Below, in pieces: positions 48,691-63,380 of a DNA stretch of 64,000 bases. This DNA comes from Octopus sinensis. Lineage: Eukaryota. The position numbers and the translations under genes are program-made. The stretch's first letter is position 1, and each line of letters starts with the position of its first letter. Where the stretch lies: contig NC_042998.1 in NCBI RefSeq assembly GCF_006345805.1, forward strand, positions 105,028,001 to 105,092,000, read 5' to 3'. The notes beneath the pieces were generated by a model. The model was given only the letters and a program-made list of their open reading frames with translations, was not told the DNA's origin and searched no databases.

Positions 48691-50699
48691 CCGATGCTAC
48701 TTACCACACAGCCACTCACATCATCTGTTAGTAAGGGTTTCAATGTGTATCTTTCTATTTGATTAATATTATATAATCATTAGTTCTAGATATTGATTTA
48801 TTCATAAATATGTCTATTTAATTATATTTATTTGTATTTACTAGACGTATATCCATTCTAATAATGTCTAATTATTTATTTGAATTCATTAAATGTATAT
48901 TTAATCCTGTGTGGACAGCAAAACCCTCTTTCTCTCTTATTGTTGATTAATTTGTGCTTGGATGTAATGATCTGGAAAATTTCCTCTACACAAAAGTTAC
49001 CTTTTTCTTCCAATGTTATAAGATTTTGTCCGGCTAATTACTTCCCACTTCAGCAAATAGTCCTTATTTTTGTCCTTAATTGCCTAAATTAATCCATTTA
49101 AACCAGTGCTAGCTTCTTTTCTCTTATCTCTAAAAATGCTTTCATGGGTGGCTATCCTGCTTTTTATATAATTTTCTATGGAGCCTATATAGTAGTAATC
49201 CTACCCCTCAGTCATTACTTTATACCTATATACTTTATACCTATATACTCTGTTCTCTACAAAATTTCTTAATGGACATTTATTTGAATTTTTATTGGCA
49301 CAATCACAGGTTTTATTATCTGGATCTTTCACAGTTTCCTATTTTCCCGTTTCCAGGGCTATTTTCGCTGTGCCTATTTCTCCCATTTCAGGGTAATTTT
49401 CGTAATGCTTATTTCCTGTGCTATGAGTTTTAACTAAGGACTTATCTTCTTGTTTCCTTTTCTTATCTACCTTAATATTTATATTGTAACTTATTTTATG
49501 TTCCTTTGTTGCTACTATAAGTACATATATTTAAATAATTTTCATTAATGTTTTTATTATCATTTTTGTTATTATTACGTTTATTTATTCTTCTTTTTGT
49601 TGACTGCAAGTTTATATTTTTTGGTCTTAGTGGGGAGTCCTTAAAGGTTACCTCCCTTCCTTTACTTGTGTATTTCATACTATTGTTATGTTCCTCATCA
49701 TTTTGGCCAATAAGTAAATCATTTGTATTTTCTTTACTTCTATTGATTGATTGATTCTAGTTTCAGCTCATGAGCTGTGGCCATGCTGGGGCACCGCCAT
49801 TTGTAGAAATCATTTAATTTCTTAGTATTTTGTGCAGATATAATTTGTTCAATATTTTTGAGATGCAGAAACCTGCCCTTAATTTGTGTGAGTTTATTAT
49901 TTTGTGATATTTGTTTTCCTTTGAAAAAATTTTAGAGACAGCTTTATAAAATAATTTCTTTATATTGGTTCTAATTTGTTTTGGATATGGTATTATGAAC
50001 TATACTATATTATTTTCATAGTAATTCTTTTTAGAGTAATTTTTCTGGGGGTTAATTACATTTACACATGGAGTGTAATGTTTTACAGAATTGTTATGAA
50101 TATTACCATTTAGGTTCCCAACTTCTACCCTTTTTGTTATTTCCTTTCCTATTTAGGCTTTTATTGAAGTAGTCACAACTTTCATTATCATAGTGTTCTG
50201 TTTTTGGCCTTCATTCTATTCTATTGCCTTTAGATCTTATTAGTTCCTCATTGTTTCTATCCTTGTTATATGTGTGTTTGGGTTATTTATGCTTTCTATT
50301 TGTTTCTTGGTGTTTATATTTTTATATTATTCTTATCTATTTTATATGAAATTCCATCTGTAATCCTTTTATCCTTATGTTTATTTTCCTGTATTTTAAT
50401 CTTATTGTGAAGTCCATTTTGTGTAGAGTTATTATTAAAATTTATGTTAGGTCCATAGTATTTTAATTTTTGTTTGTATCTTGTTTTATGTATATAGTTC
50501 TTATTATTAGAATTATCCTTTGTCGATAATATTTTGATTTTTACTTTTTAGATTCATAATGCAATTTTAATCGTAAAATATGAATGAAGGTGAGAAATGG
50601 AAACATGTGTAGGCAACATGAAATTGACTATTAAATAAATAAATTAATATTTTCTGTGTTCACTCTCTCCATTTTCTTTATATCATATCTATATCTATA

Positions 50700-50703
50700 T
50701 TTT

Positions 50704-50788
<85 letters not shown>

Positions 50789-50810
50789 ATATATATATAT
50801 ATATATATAT
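50700..50810. repeat. (ATCT)n/(TA)n microsatellite
   Basis: Direct run. Confidence 0.95.
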
Positions 50811-52487
50811 TTATCATGTATCATATATTCAAAAAAGAAGCACACTCTAAAGCATAAAGTTAATGCCCAGTCTAGTGTGTGTGTGTGCATGTGTGCATGT
50901 GCGCACGTGAACACATGCACACACACACACACCACACACTATGCATATACATATATACATACATGGTGGCTGCCCCCTTGTTATCAAGTATGGCCATTGC
51001 ACGAAGCTTAATCAATGTTGTTATTGTGCAATGCCTGTGCAAGAAGATTTTTTTAAAGTGAGGAAAGGCTGTGCACCGAGTCAATCCCACTCACTAAGCA
51101 ACAGCAGCCATAATCCAAAAAGAAGAACAAGTCAACATCATCAGTAACCACTGAGCCACAGGTTTTATGTCGGAGTTATCCCAGTTACCTGAGTTACCTT
51201 CTCCTAGAAGGATGCCCTAACAAAGGCTAGGAGTCCTTCACTCCCAATGGTTTAACCACGCGATCGGGTATTAAGTCCGATTATTTCTATGTCCCCGCGC
51301 ATGATACAGCCTTAAGACATTTATTGGATGGCCGTTGACACTCAAGAGTTCCTCCGCCCTTACTTACATACATACACTCATACATTTATACATGACTTTC
51401 ATCTTGTGATAAATTTCCAATTAATACTTTAAGTGATGTTCTGGTCACTCATTTTCCAGACAAAGTTTGTTAGCATCATGGAGTTCATTTTTATGTGTGT
51501 GCATATATAATGATTGTTCAAAATAAATTCTGTTTCACACATTACCATGCTTCCATGCATCTCCTTATCTTATGTTATCTCAACTCTGGTGGTGCTTCCT
51601 TTTTTCTTTTCTCATGTTAATTGAACTGTTTCAGCCTGAAACTTATATCCATGAACCCTTCTATACCATCACTGAAAACCTTGTTTTGTTGTTTTCCAAT
51701 AAAAATCATCTTCAAAACTTGCATACTCTTCTGAATATGATACTGTAATACTGTAATTGTCTTTGTTTTTTATTTTTCTTTCATATATAACTTCCTTCTT
51801 TTCATACATTGCTTAGTCTAGGATAAGAAAATCTTGGTAAACAGAACAATACAATAAATAAAATAATGTAAAAGTAGCAGATTATTTCATTTTGTTTTAT
51901 TTTGTTTTATTTTTTAACTTTCTTCTTTTCAGTAGGGAACTAAGTATAGTAATCACACATTTAAAACTCTTTTAGAAATAGACAAACTAATATCAAAATT
52001 ATTAACCAAACAACTAAATAAGATGTATAAATATCTATATTAAGAACATTAGTTTGTTTTTCCTTTATTTGTAGAATCTGATACACTTTTTCCCTATATA
52101 TGTTTGCAATGAGTCCTGCAGCATATAATTTTGGAAAAAGGACAAAAATACATTTTAAAATATGATACAAATTTAAGAAACTAAAAATTCTTGTTATTTC
52201 CAATATTTCTTTAGATTCAGATGAAATATATTTATTGAAACTTTCTTATTTCTTGCTGAGTCGAGATATTTTAATTTAATTTTATAAAATATTGTCTTGT
52301 GTTTTTTTTATGGTTTGTTTATGTTTCAGACATCATTGATGTTACAAGAGGTGATATTTCTGCTTCACAGCAATAAGTTGACAGGTGGCTGTAATGTGCA
52401 TGTATACGTGTGAGTTTGTGTGCATGTGTGTATATATATGTGTGTATATACACATATATGTATAATGCAGTATATATATATATATAT

Positions 52488-52532
<45 letters not shown>

Positions 52533-52568
52533 GCATATATTATGTTTTCCTATATACATACACACACA

Positions 52569-52599
<31 letters not shown>

Positions 52600-52904
52600 G
52601 TGTGTATGTATGTATGCATGCATGTATGTATGTATATATGTACATATATGTATGTTTATATATATATGTGTGTGTTTGTGACAGGCATCTGCAATGGAAT
52701 GTAGATAGTTCAGTAGCAAAGTCTTATTTTGGTTTTGAAAATCCCACTAGAGTAAGAACATAGAATATTTAAGTCGGGATATCAGTAAATGAATAAAATT
52801 AAGAATATAATACAGACTTTGTAGAATTCAGCAAAATTATTTCCTGCAGTCATGTGCTGTTGTCTAACTGCAGGTCACAATTGATGAGTCAAGTGATAAG
52901 AATC

Positions 52905-53070
52905 TTGCCTATTATAGGTGCAAGGCCTGAAATTTTAGAGGAGGGGGATAGCCAATAGCAGTACTCAACAGATACATATTTTATCAACTCAGAAAGGATG
53001 AAAGACAAAGTTGACCATAATGGAATTTGAACTCGGGAAGTAAAGAGCCAGAGGAAATGCTGAAGGTATT
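52905..53070 (-). mobile_element. SINE family B
   Basis: Family alignment. Confidence 0.65.
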
Positions 53071-53229
53071 TCATTCCTGCAATGAATATACACACTTGAC
53101 CAGATTCCCAGATTGGAGATAACTTCCTGTCTTACTGAAACTAGTCTTTAAGGTCTCCCAAAATTACAATGTACACTATTCTTCTTCTTATTTAGACAGC
53201 ATTGCTATAGAAACATTATATTACATAAA

Positions 53230-54745
53230 CTAGCAGTATAGCCCGGCGCTGCCCGGGTATTAGGTTAAGATTATTAAGTGATCAAGTGCTTTATTTCAAA
53301 CCAAAATAAGTGACACCAACATTAAATTTGAGTGAAATCTGTTGAAATTAGTAAACGTTTGGCTGAAAATGGGTTGCAGGCAATTTGATTGGGAAATCCC
53401 ATAAGGAATCGGTTTATCAATTATTTTCACTTATCAACTGTTTTTTTTTGTGTTTTTTTTTTGAGAACTTAAAGCATTCAAAGATCCCATGAGTCCTAAG
53501 TAATGCTGGCATCAAGTTTGAGCAAAATATGTCAAAATTGGTAATAAAGTTATGGTTGAAAATGGGGTGTAGCTAATTTTAGTGAGAATTCTTATAAGGA
53601 ATTGGTTTATCAATTTTTTATCCTGATTGAATGGAAAACTCCAAATGGATGCCTGCTACTGCTAGTGTTTGGCCTTGGGATTTGTTGATGGACATGGCAA
53701 AGCATGGTCTCACTAGGAACTGCAATCTACGGAAGTTAAACGACATGTCTGACCCTGAGGGTTAAAACTGCATCCTTGAAATGAAAACATTTTCACCCCT
53801 CCTGCACCCTGTAACAATGGTGGCCTCAATCAAATGGGGCACCAGGGACTTGATTACTAAGCGTGTCCCGTTGCACTGTTTTGGTGGAAGCAAGTTTCTG
53901 ATTAACATAATTGGGCATCCAACCCTTAGCCTAAGAATGTGAGGTGGAAGCCCTGCTGGCTCCAATGAGTTGAGAAACTCGATAGGGTAATTGACAATAT
54001 CTTTGGGGTGAGAGGTCCAGTCAATCGATTTGTAGATGTGCTCCTCACCTGGATTTCGGCTTATAAGCTGGTCGTTGATAGCACTGACAGCTACGTTTTT
54101 GGTGGCCAGGCTGGTTCTTTCACTTTCTTGTGCCGAATCTTAGCAAGTATTAGTTGAGTTACAAAGGATTTGCTGGTACCTCTAGCAGCACCGAGGAAAA
54201 AAATGCCGCCTGCTTGTTTTTCAACGGCACTGACGACAGTTTCGTACACCAGCCTCTGATCAGGGAGTAATTTTGGTTCATTTACTCTCAGGTACTCCGC
54301 AAGGCCATCAGCATCATACGACAACTCCAGAAGTAACTTTGGTGGAAGTGTGTTAATGTCCTGTCACAATGAGGATGGCAAACTGAATGTGTTCAACACT
54401 GCACCACCCATTTAGAGCAGGGCATCCTCGATTTCAATCAGCACATTATTGTAGATCAGGTCATTGTATCCAAAGTCAGCATTAGGCCTCTGTTGCTTTG
54501 TCAATCATCATTTGCCTTGACCACCAAGGAAACAAAATTACGTACAGAGAATTTCATAAACAGCAATGAATTAGAAAACAGGTTTTATATTAAATTTTTA
54601 GATTAACATTTGTGCGATTTTCACTAAGAAAAAAAGGAGTCAACCACCCTGGCCTCCTAATATGCTACAAAACCCTTTTTGTGGTCCGAAAAATGGGTTC
54701 GGGTGGAAACCTCGGAATTCCCCCCCCCCCCCTTATACTTATTGA
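53230..54745 (-). mobile_element. Internally deleted Helitron with PIF1-like helicase remnants (about 53630-54490)
   Basis: GIFFLGAARGTSKSF (decayed Walker A), EFLNSLEPAGLPPHILRLRVGCPIMLIRNL, CNGTRL, FAMSINKSQGQTL; 3' CCCGG/CCGGG hairpin then CTAG|T at 53230; putative A|TC 5' end at 54745. Confidence 0.88.
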
Positions 54746-54809
54746 TATTTACACTATCTATTTTTCAATGTATGTGGAAAAATACGGAGATGAAGAATAT
54801 GGAAATTTA

Positions 54810-55260
54810 AGGTCACTACATCATCTCTTTTTTTCTTGGGTCTCTCTCTTTCACAAGTTCTATCCACATTCTGTAATCAGCTCATCTTAATGAAGCTGTT
54901 CTCATCCATAACTATACCAGCAAAATTTTCTTTCTAGCACACTACATCTGACACTCAATGTATTTGCACTTTGTCATATGTTCTCACTGACATTGCACAT
55001 CCAGCAAAGCTTGCTTGCTTCATTTCTTTCAAGTCTTCAGATGTCCTCAACATTTTCTATATTCACAACCCACATCATATAACCTGCCATTCACTTTTGT
55101 TACTGGTAGCAGTAATAAGTCTTTGAACTTTCTCCAGCTGGCTCATATTCTTGTAACTATGCTTTCAGAACAACCTCTGCTGCTGCTAATTGGGGCAATT
55201 ACATTGCAGAAATTATCTGCTACCTCTAAAAATCCTTCTGGGCATTTGATTAAAATCTAT
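54810..55260 (-). mobile_element. Degenerate RTE LINE fragment
   Basis: LEVADNFC...GCSESIVTRI..WRKFKD...RLERNEASKLCWMCNVS. Confidence 0.75.
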
Positions 55261-55519
55261 TTCCTCTGTGTCCTTCATGTGCTTGTGTATGTGTGTGTGT
55301 GTGTGGATCATCATCAACGTCGTCATCTTCCCCCTCCTCCTCCTCCTCCTCCTCATCATCATCATCATCATCATTTTAATGTCTACCTTACTATGCTTGC
55401 ACCACTTGCTGCTATACAAACATTCTTGCACACATGTATAAGTAGACTCTGAAGTTTCCATGATGGGCAGCAGCTTCTTATGCATATTATAGATATCTAG
55501 ATGCATATATACATGTGGA

Positions 55520-55750
55520 TGTGCATGACCTAGTAGTTAGGGTGCCACATTCATGATTATAAGATTGTGATTTTGATTCCTGGACTGGGCAACGTGTTGT
55601 GTTCTTGAGTGATACACTTCATTTCACATTGCTCCAGTTCACTCAGCTGTAAATGAGTAACCTTGGGACAGACTAGCATCATGTCCAATGTAGGGGAGAT
55701 ATATATATACCACAGAATCCTAGAAACTAGCCTAATGAGCCTCTAGATCA
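55520..55750 (+). mobile_element. SINE related to family C
   Basis: Matches 5545-5770. Confidence 0.7.
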
Positions 55751-55779
55751 GAAAGAACTTTTGAGTCTTTTTTGATAGG

Positions 55780-55940
55780 CACAGGAGTAGCTGTCGGGTA
55801 AGTAGCTTGCTTACCAAATACATGGTTCTGGGTTCAGTCCCACTGCATGGCACCTTGGGCAACTGTCTTCTACTAGAGCCTTGGGCTGACCAAAGCCTTG
55901 TGAGTGGATTTCGTAGGCAGAAACTGAAAGAAGCCCATTG

Positions 55941-55986
<46 letters not shown>

Positions 55987-56200
55987 TGTGTGTCTGTGTT
56001 TGTTCCCCCACCATCACTTGGCAACCGATGTTGGTGTGTTTACATCCCCATAAGTTAGCGGTTCGGCAAAAGAGAACAATAGAATAAGTACTAGGCTTAC
56101 AAAGAATAAGTCCTGGGGTCGATTTGTTTGACTAAAGGCAGTGCTCCAGCATGGCCACAGTCAAATGACTGAAACAAATAATAAAGAAAAAGAAAAAAAA
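55780..56200 (+). mobile_element. SINE family A, full length
   Basis: Family alignment. Confidence 0.9.
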
Positions 56201-56289
56201 GAATAAATAAATATGTTGATGCTATACATTATCCTAATACTTCTTTCTGATTGTCTCAATGTGTGTCTATATAAACATCATTATCCTCA

Positions 56290-56440
56290 ATATGATGTTC
56301 ACATTTTCATGCTTGCATACGTTGGACAGAATTTGTTGAGGCAAACTTTCTATGGCTTGATGCCCTCCTTGTTGCCAACCTTCACTTGTTTCCAAGCAAG
56401 ATAATATTTTGCCATGGCCAGATATGTTTTTCATGAAAGG
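56290..56440 (-). mobile_element. RTE-type 3' tail, second subfamily
   Basis: Matches 5785-5935. Confidence 0.6.
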
Positions 56441-58139
56441 TTGGAAATAAACAAGCACAAAATAAGATGCCCCAAAATATAGGTGTATATTGAAGAAGTG
56501 AGATTATAATTTACTGATTATAAATGCACTAATTATAATTTACTTTAGATAAACTGAGATGTTTAAAGTATGTATTGTAACCAAAGTTTTCCTAGTTTGC
56601 ACTTGAACATGATCATGCATCAGTTGTACTCCAAACATTTTCATTCAGTTTTTCTGTTCTATGATCTGGTTGAAACTGAGATGAAGGGCTGCTACAGAGT
56701 TCTTAATTTCTGTTTAGTATGCCTCTAAGTGCAGAAGACGAAGTTAGTTTTGATTCTACTGAGGAAAATAATGATATGCATGGGCGACTGACTACTTAAA
56801 GACGCTGTTCAATCAGAAAGTTCATCCACTGACAGCATGCAAATCATGAAAAATATTCAACAAGGCAGTGGAATAAATTACGTTGTAATGGAATCAAACA
56901 CTACCAGAAAAACTAGATTAAAGTTTAGTAAGTGCAAAGAAGCCAAAACAAGTGAAAGTATCGATTGACAATGTACTGCCTGCTATTTTCATGAATTCTT
57001 CAATATTTTCTCTTCAAATATCCATGATTGCACATAGAAATACATTACACGTGAAAATAGGTTATGCGTCCAGAAAATTAGAGTAGCTAAAAATATGTGT
57101 TGAATTTGTTGAGCAAATTAAGCATGTTGTTTTGCAGAATGTGGTAAGTGATGTGTGTATTGCCTCCTACTAGACATTATTGTAAATGAAAGTAATGGTA
57201 TTTTGCTTTGTAAAATGTTGATTTTATTATTTTTTTTAAGGTTTTGTTCATGTATTTTCTGAAATGATGTAGTTATCAGTATAATACTGTCAATGACTTG
57301 CATCAGTTAAATGTTTTTATACTGATAATCAATAGAATGTGAAAAACAATAATGCTTGCTTCAGGTTGTGTCAGTGCATTACTCAGAAAGAAATTCTAGG
57401 TCTCAAAGAAAAATTTATGTAACTAACTTGGAAGTTCTTAATTTGATGAAATATTAAAAAAATGTACTTTTCTATGGAGAATATAGAAACACTTTTTAGC
57501 ATAATATATATGCAATATTTAGAAGACTATCACAAAAACAAAATCCAACTTTGAAGGAAATGGCTTTGATTACAGAATATGAATTAGTCTTAAGCAGACA
57601 ATTATACAAGATTAACTTGAAGTCAGGATATTTTGCAGGAAATGTGAAGGTAAAACATATGAAACATATATCTAAGATGGCATTGTCAAATATTGTTTGA
57701 AAATATAGAACCCATAAAGATCTGTTTCTATTGTAATTTTAAACTGTATTTTGAATGAATTAATGAAGGTATGCCATGGTTGTTGCTGTTGTCATCATGC
57801 CCATCCCCTGATCAGCTCTGATCAAGCAGACCCATGATCAAAAATCATTTTTGCCGGGATTATCCCAAAGCTTCTTTCCTGATGAAGTCTCTGTTGTATA
57901 GTAAATCCTTTCATTTTGAACATAGTATAATTTGAAGATGTGACTGCTATATTCTTGCAGGTTGAAGAGCCACAAACAGGCTCCTCCTTTATGTTTCAAT
58001 GAGCTGTAATTTTTAGTAGAGCTGCATTACTTTACTTGAAGCTTTCAAGTTTGTTAAGACCAAAATAGAAAAATGAAGATCATAGTAACCTTGGAAACAC
58101 TTCTCCCTTCATTCTCAAGTTAGGCAACTATTTCCAGTA

Positions 58140-59001
58140 CGAGGTATTATCAAAAAGTTCTCAGACCGATTCTGTAGCATACCAGTAAATGGCAACTCAT
58201 AGCTGCATGCACAGTGAGAGCTAGCAACAACCTTCATGTGGGAGTGTGCTAAGCAACATTCACAGGTTGTGAAATTTGTGTTTTTGTGATCACTTGTATG
58301 CTGTAGTCTGTGATTTTGTCAAGGACAGGAACAAAGAGCCAAAATGAAATTTTGCATTAAACTTGAGAAGTCTGCTACAGAGACATTGAGCATGTTTCAG
58401 CAAGCTTACAACAAAAAGGTAATGGGTTGTATGCAATGTTTCAAGTGGCAAGTGGCAAAAGCAGAAGACAATTAGTGATCTGGAAGACCTCTGACAAGTG
58501 TCCCTCTCAGAAATGTGGTATTGTGCATAGAGAATTCATCCCCCGGGGCCAGACCATCAATCAAGAGTTCTACTGTGATGCTTTGAAGTATTAAAGGGAG
58601 GACATTCAGAAAAATGACTGGATTTGTGGAGCGAGAACTACTGGATTCTTCCTGATGACAATGCACCCTGTCACTCAGCTCATCTCACTCGTGAGTTTCT
58701 GGCCAAAAACAACATGGTATCACTTCTGCACCTTCCTATTCACTAGATTTAGCACCTGCAGACTTCCATTTCTTCCCCAAGTTGAAAATGCAGCTCAAAG
58801 GTTACCATTTTAACACCACTATTAAGATCCAGACCTGAATCGCAGAATAACTTCCAGGCCAGATTCCAAAAGTGGTAAGAATGCTGGGATTTGTGTGTTG
58901 TTGCATAAGGTGACTGTTTCAAAGGAGATAATGTTAAAACTTAGGTAAATAAGTTGTTTTTATTAAACATAACAAGTCTGGGAACTTTTTGATACCATAT
59001 G
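58140..59001 (+). mobile_element. Internally deleted mariner (DD34D-type) transposon
   Basis: Inner TIR TATCAAAAAGTTCYCAGAC at both ends (right outer end degraded); KFCIKLEKSATETLSMFQQAY, GIVHREFIPRGQTINQEFY, DDNAPCH, LPxSLDLAPADFHFFPKLK. Confidence 0.88.
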
Positions 59002-59174
59002 AAGTGAAGTAAACAATATAATAGTTTAACTAGTATCTATGTAACTGTTTAGAAAATAGATATCTAGTTATTGAACAAAATCGTTATCATAAACTTTAAA
59101 TACCATTTTATAACCAGGGTTTTTATGCCCTGGGTAAAGAAAAAATTCAGAGTTAGATGGATACATAAGTAAAT

Positions 59175-59390
59175 ATTCTTTTCTACTCTAGGCACAAGGC
59201 TCGAAAGTTTTGGGGAGGGGGCTAGTTGATTAGATCCACCTTAGTATGCAACTGGTGCTTAATTTATCAACTCCTAATGGATGAAAGGCAAAGTCGACCA
59301 TGGTGGAATTTGAATTCAGAATATAAAAACAGACCAACTACTGCTAAGCAGTTCGCCCAGCATGCTAATGTTTCTGCCAGCTCACTGCCT
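59175..59390 (-). mobile_element. SINE family B
   Basis: Family alignment. Confidence 0.75.
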
Positions 59391-59449
59391 TACATATGCA
59401 AATATTCTGAACAAGCCATACATGCAACAGATACAAGCAAATTTCTGAT

Positions 59450-59830
59450 AGGTATGGCTGTGTATTAAGAAGTTTACTTCCCAACCACATTGTTCCAAAT
59501 TCAGTCCCATGATGTGGCACCTTGAGCAAGTGTCTTCTACTATAGCCTTCAGCTGATTAAAGCCTTGTGAGTGGATTTGGTTGATGGAAACTGAAAGAAG
59601 CCTGTCGTATGTATGTATGTGTGTCTGTGAAGGTCCCCTACCACCACTTGACAACTAATGTCAGTGTGTTTATGTCCCTGTAACCTAGTGGTTCAGCAAA
59701 AAAGACAGATAAAATAAGTACCAAGCTTTGAAAAATAAGTCCTGGAGATGATTCATTCGGCTATAATTCCTCAAGGCTGTGCCCCAGCATGGTCACAGTC
59801 TAATGATTGAAACATTTAAAAGATACAAAT
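59450..59830 (+). mobile_element. SINE family A
   Basis: Family alignment. Confidence 0.8.
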
Positions 59831-62789
59831 AAAAAGAAATACACTTAGATAAAGAAGATAATGATTGTACAACACAGCAGTTAGTTGTGTTGTAAACATT
59901 AAAACTTATAGACAATAGATCATTTAAGAAGTGCACTTTTACCATGAATGATGTGAAGTTGACACATTTTACTATGTTTTTGCTATATAGAAGCCAAATT
60001 AATTTTCAGTTTAGTGAACTGTGTTATGACAACATTTCAAAATATATTAGTGTTTTTTTCGTTCGTCCTCAACACTCACACACACACATAGAAATGCTAA
60101 TACAGTACAAGTTATATCTTGCAGATAAATTTCATGTTGAATTTTACTCTTTGTTTATCAATTCTGGAAAAACCATAAAACAGAAATAAAACAAAAAGAG
60201 GAAAGCAAAACTATTTCATACTCTAAATGAAAATAATGAAATTTACCAGAAAAAAGATATCTCAGTTAAAGTTACTTTTTAATACTTCTTTGAATATTTT
60301 AAATACAACTACATTTTTAGTGGAACAAAAAAGTGCAAACTCAGTTTTTGAAATAATTTTGAGATATTCTAAATGTAAAATTGCCTGCAGCCTAGAATTG
60401 CCCAGACAAACCCAATTACTCCTCATGAGTTATAGTTTTTTTGCATCTGCTTCTTTTAATATGAGAGATCATTGATTGTGATTGCTTTCAATAGAAGCCT
60501 GCTTTATGAGTTATTATTTGCAAGGATATATAAAGAAATATAAAAAAGGAGTTGTTATAATCTATTCCAAAGTAAATTATCAAAAGGAACATAATCTCTC
60601 TCACTTGATGTAACATCACCAATAATGGGGGAAATCATTATAGTTCTATTTTTCCTCCATTTTGAAAGCAGTAGTTAAGTGGGCTCTAAAATATTTTAGA
60701 AGTGAGCCGTAAGATTTTTTTTTTTTAATTAAGACTGCACCTGTTGTGAAAAACAAATCATTAGCTTTCATGATAATACTTTTGAAGAAATTTAAGGACA
60801 ACAGCTTTGTATATGTTTCAGTCTTATTAGACCATGCCAACTAAATATAGTCTAACCTGAACTTATCAGATCCAAAGTGAAATGAGAGAAGGAAGATTTT
60901 AAGATAAGAAAAAGTTCACTGATTAGACAAATAAAGAGGATGATTGAGGAGAATTTCCTTTTGAATGAAGAATGTATATTTAATTGGGAGTTGACATACT
61001 TAATGAAGAGAGCAAAAGGATTTTTTAATCAATTAAGATTTCACTTGTTCGACCAAAAGTTTGATTTACAATTAATATTTATGTTTGTACTCTTATATGA
61101 TGATTGATTCAGCCAACTGTCATAATATTGTGTCTCTCTAGGAGGTTTGTACAATTTACATACCAATATTCTTGATTGATCCATCATGTTTGTCCAGCTT
61201 ATGTTGGCAGAGTATAGATGGTTTCCATCGATATAGTTATTAAAATATTTTTCAAACCTTTTACCTACTAGAAGGTATATTCACTATATATATATGTTTC
61301 AGTAAATTTTGAACTTGTTTTCTCTATGCACACCTTATGCAGCATGTAAATTTTCTTTTTCTAACACTCCACATATGTGTATATTTCACAAATCTTACAA
61401 TAATTTCTATTTATGATTTTACCAAATTATTAAGATTTAAAGATGATAGATCTCATAGATTTACCTAATATTTTTTATGATAGTCATGATGGTGATCCAG
61501 AATAATATAAAGACTGATATTAACCTATAATTTTGTAGGAGTTCATGAACAAGTAAATTGATATGGATGAGGTACCTGAACTTCTGTATGCCAATATCTA
61601 GAATGCAAATTTCCAGTAGGTTGTAGATTTGAAAACAAGAGACTGTTTGAATTATTTTGTATAGAATTAGAGGGGTAAGAATCAGTGTAGAGGTTGGGAA
61701 AGAGGTGTGTACAACAGGAACTTTTCAGTCCAATTTCCTTTTAATCTTTCCAAATCTCTTTGGTATTCTTGAATTGCACAATTTAGCAAGATTCATACAT
61801 CCCAGTAATGACTTTGGATTATTCAATAATAACCAGTGTCATGAAAATTAAGAAAGCTTAAATCAAATCATTTGCAGACATTTGCAACACGTTTGCAGAC
61901 TAATGCAACACATAAAAACAATATAGCATCTGTTCTTACAAAGTTAGCTTCTACAAATTTTATCTACATGATTTTATTTAATAAAGGATTTTATTACACA
62001 CTAAAACATAAGATAAAAATACACAAAACTCTGAGCTTTACTAACCTTTAATTCTTTTAAATGCTGAAAATAATTTGAATATTGCTGTTTTATAGTCTGA
62101 CTTCAAATATCATTGAGAGCAATTTTGCCTTTCATTTTTCTGTATGGATAAAACAATGAGTTAGTCAAGTAATGGAGTTAATTTTTATAAAGTATCTTAG
62201 ATATGAATAGTTTTAAGAGAATGCTAAGTTTAAGATACCTATGGCATCAGTTTTAAACTGACTACTGCAATTTTATCTTATGAAAATAAAAGCTTCCTGA
62301 ATCACCTTATTCATATCAAATACATGCTTATTTTAAGCTAAAGAAGGAAGATCTTATTCAATTAGCTGAAATTTGCATTATTAGCTAATGCAGTTCTTTA
62401 ATCAATTTTATGTAAGTAAGCTGTTTTGTGGTTTGAAAAATTATGAAGTTGACCAAAATATGCAATTGTCCATCATACAATTTAGCAGAAATGATTTCAT
62501 AATTAATATCAAAATCACTCATCAGATTTTTTTGAAAAAACCCTAGTGTGTAAGCATGTAATACTCCCACTCAATGCACCTTAAGCTGTAAATGTAAAGG
62601 ATATCATAATTCTAAAGTTCAGATTCCTTTCGAAAAAATGGCGACAAAACTTGGTGAAGAACTTATCAAGAATTCAACACCATTTTGCATAGTGTATGTG
62701 TTTGTGTGTGCAGTTGTGTGCATGTGCATATACATGGGTTTATTTAGTCCTTTAATTACCAGATTATTTAATATTGGATTCAAATTTTG

Positions 62790-62990
62790 ACACAACGCCA
62801 GCAATTTCGGGGGAGGGGGGAAAATTGATTACATTGACCCCAGTGCTTGACTGGTATTTACTTTACTGACTCCAAAAGGATGAAAGGCAAAGTCGACATT
62901 GTCAGAATTTGAGCTCAGAATGCAAAGACAAACATAATGCCACTTCACATTTTTTTCCAGTCTGCTAATGATTCTACCAGCTTGCTGCCC
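62790..62990 (-). mobile_element. SINE family B
   Basis: Family alignment. Confidence 0.7.
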
Positions 62991-63349
62991 AAAGCAATCT
63001 ATTTAATATTACAAATATTAAAGAGTTCCTATCTATATTAAAATATTAATTGAAATATTCTTTTTAGATAAATAATTATTTCTAATTTAGGAACATTGCC
63101 AACAAGTTTTAGGTGAAAGAGGTTACTCAGTATCATCAATTCCAGCATTTGATTGAATTTATTTTATCGACTCCAAAATGTAAAGAAACAGATAAAATAT
63201 TATAAGGCATTTCTTCCGATGCTCAGATGGTTCTACCAAATCACCAATTCCTTCCCAATATTATAATAACAATAACATGAAACTTCAGTTGTGAAACATT
63301 TAACTTTGGCTGTGTTCCAACCAGCAGCCAGCTTAAGAATCATAATACA

Positions 63350-63380
<31 letters not shown>

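Noticed and set aside
49200-50600. A-rich minus-strand LINE ORF remnant
   Set aside because: Stops in all frames examined and no diagnostic motif found by eye
60646-60750. Terminal exon after the tttttcacaacag acceptor (minus strand)
   Set aside because: A single splice site and no recognisable peptide
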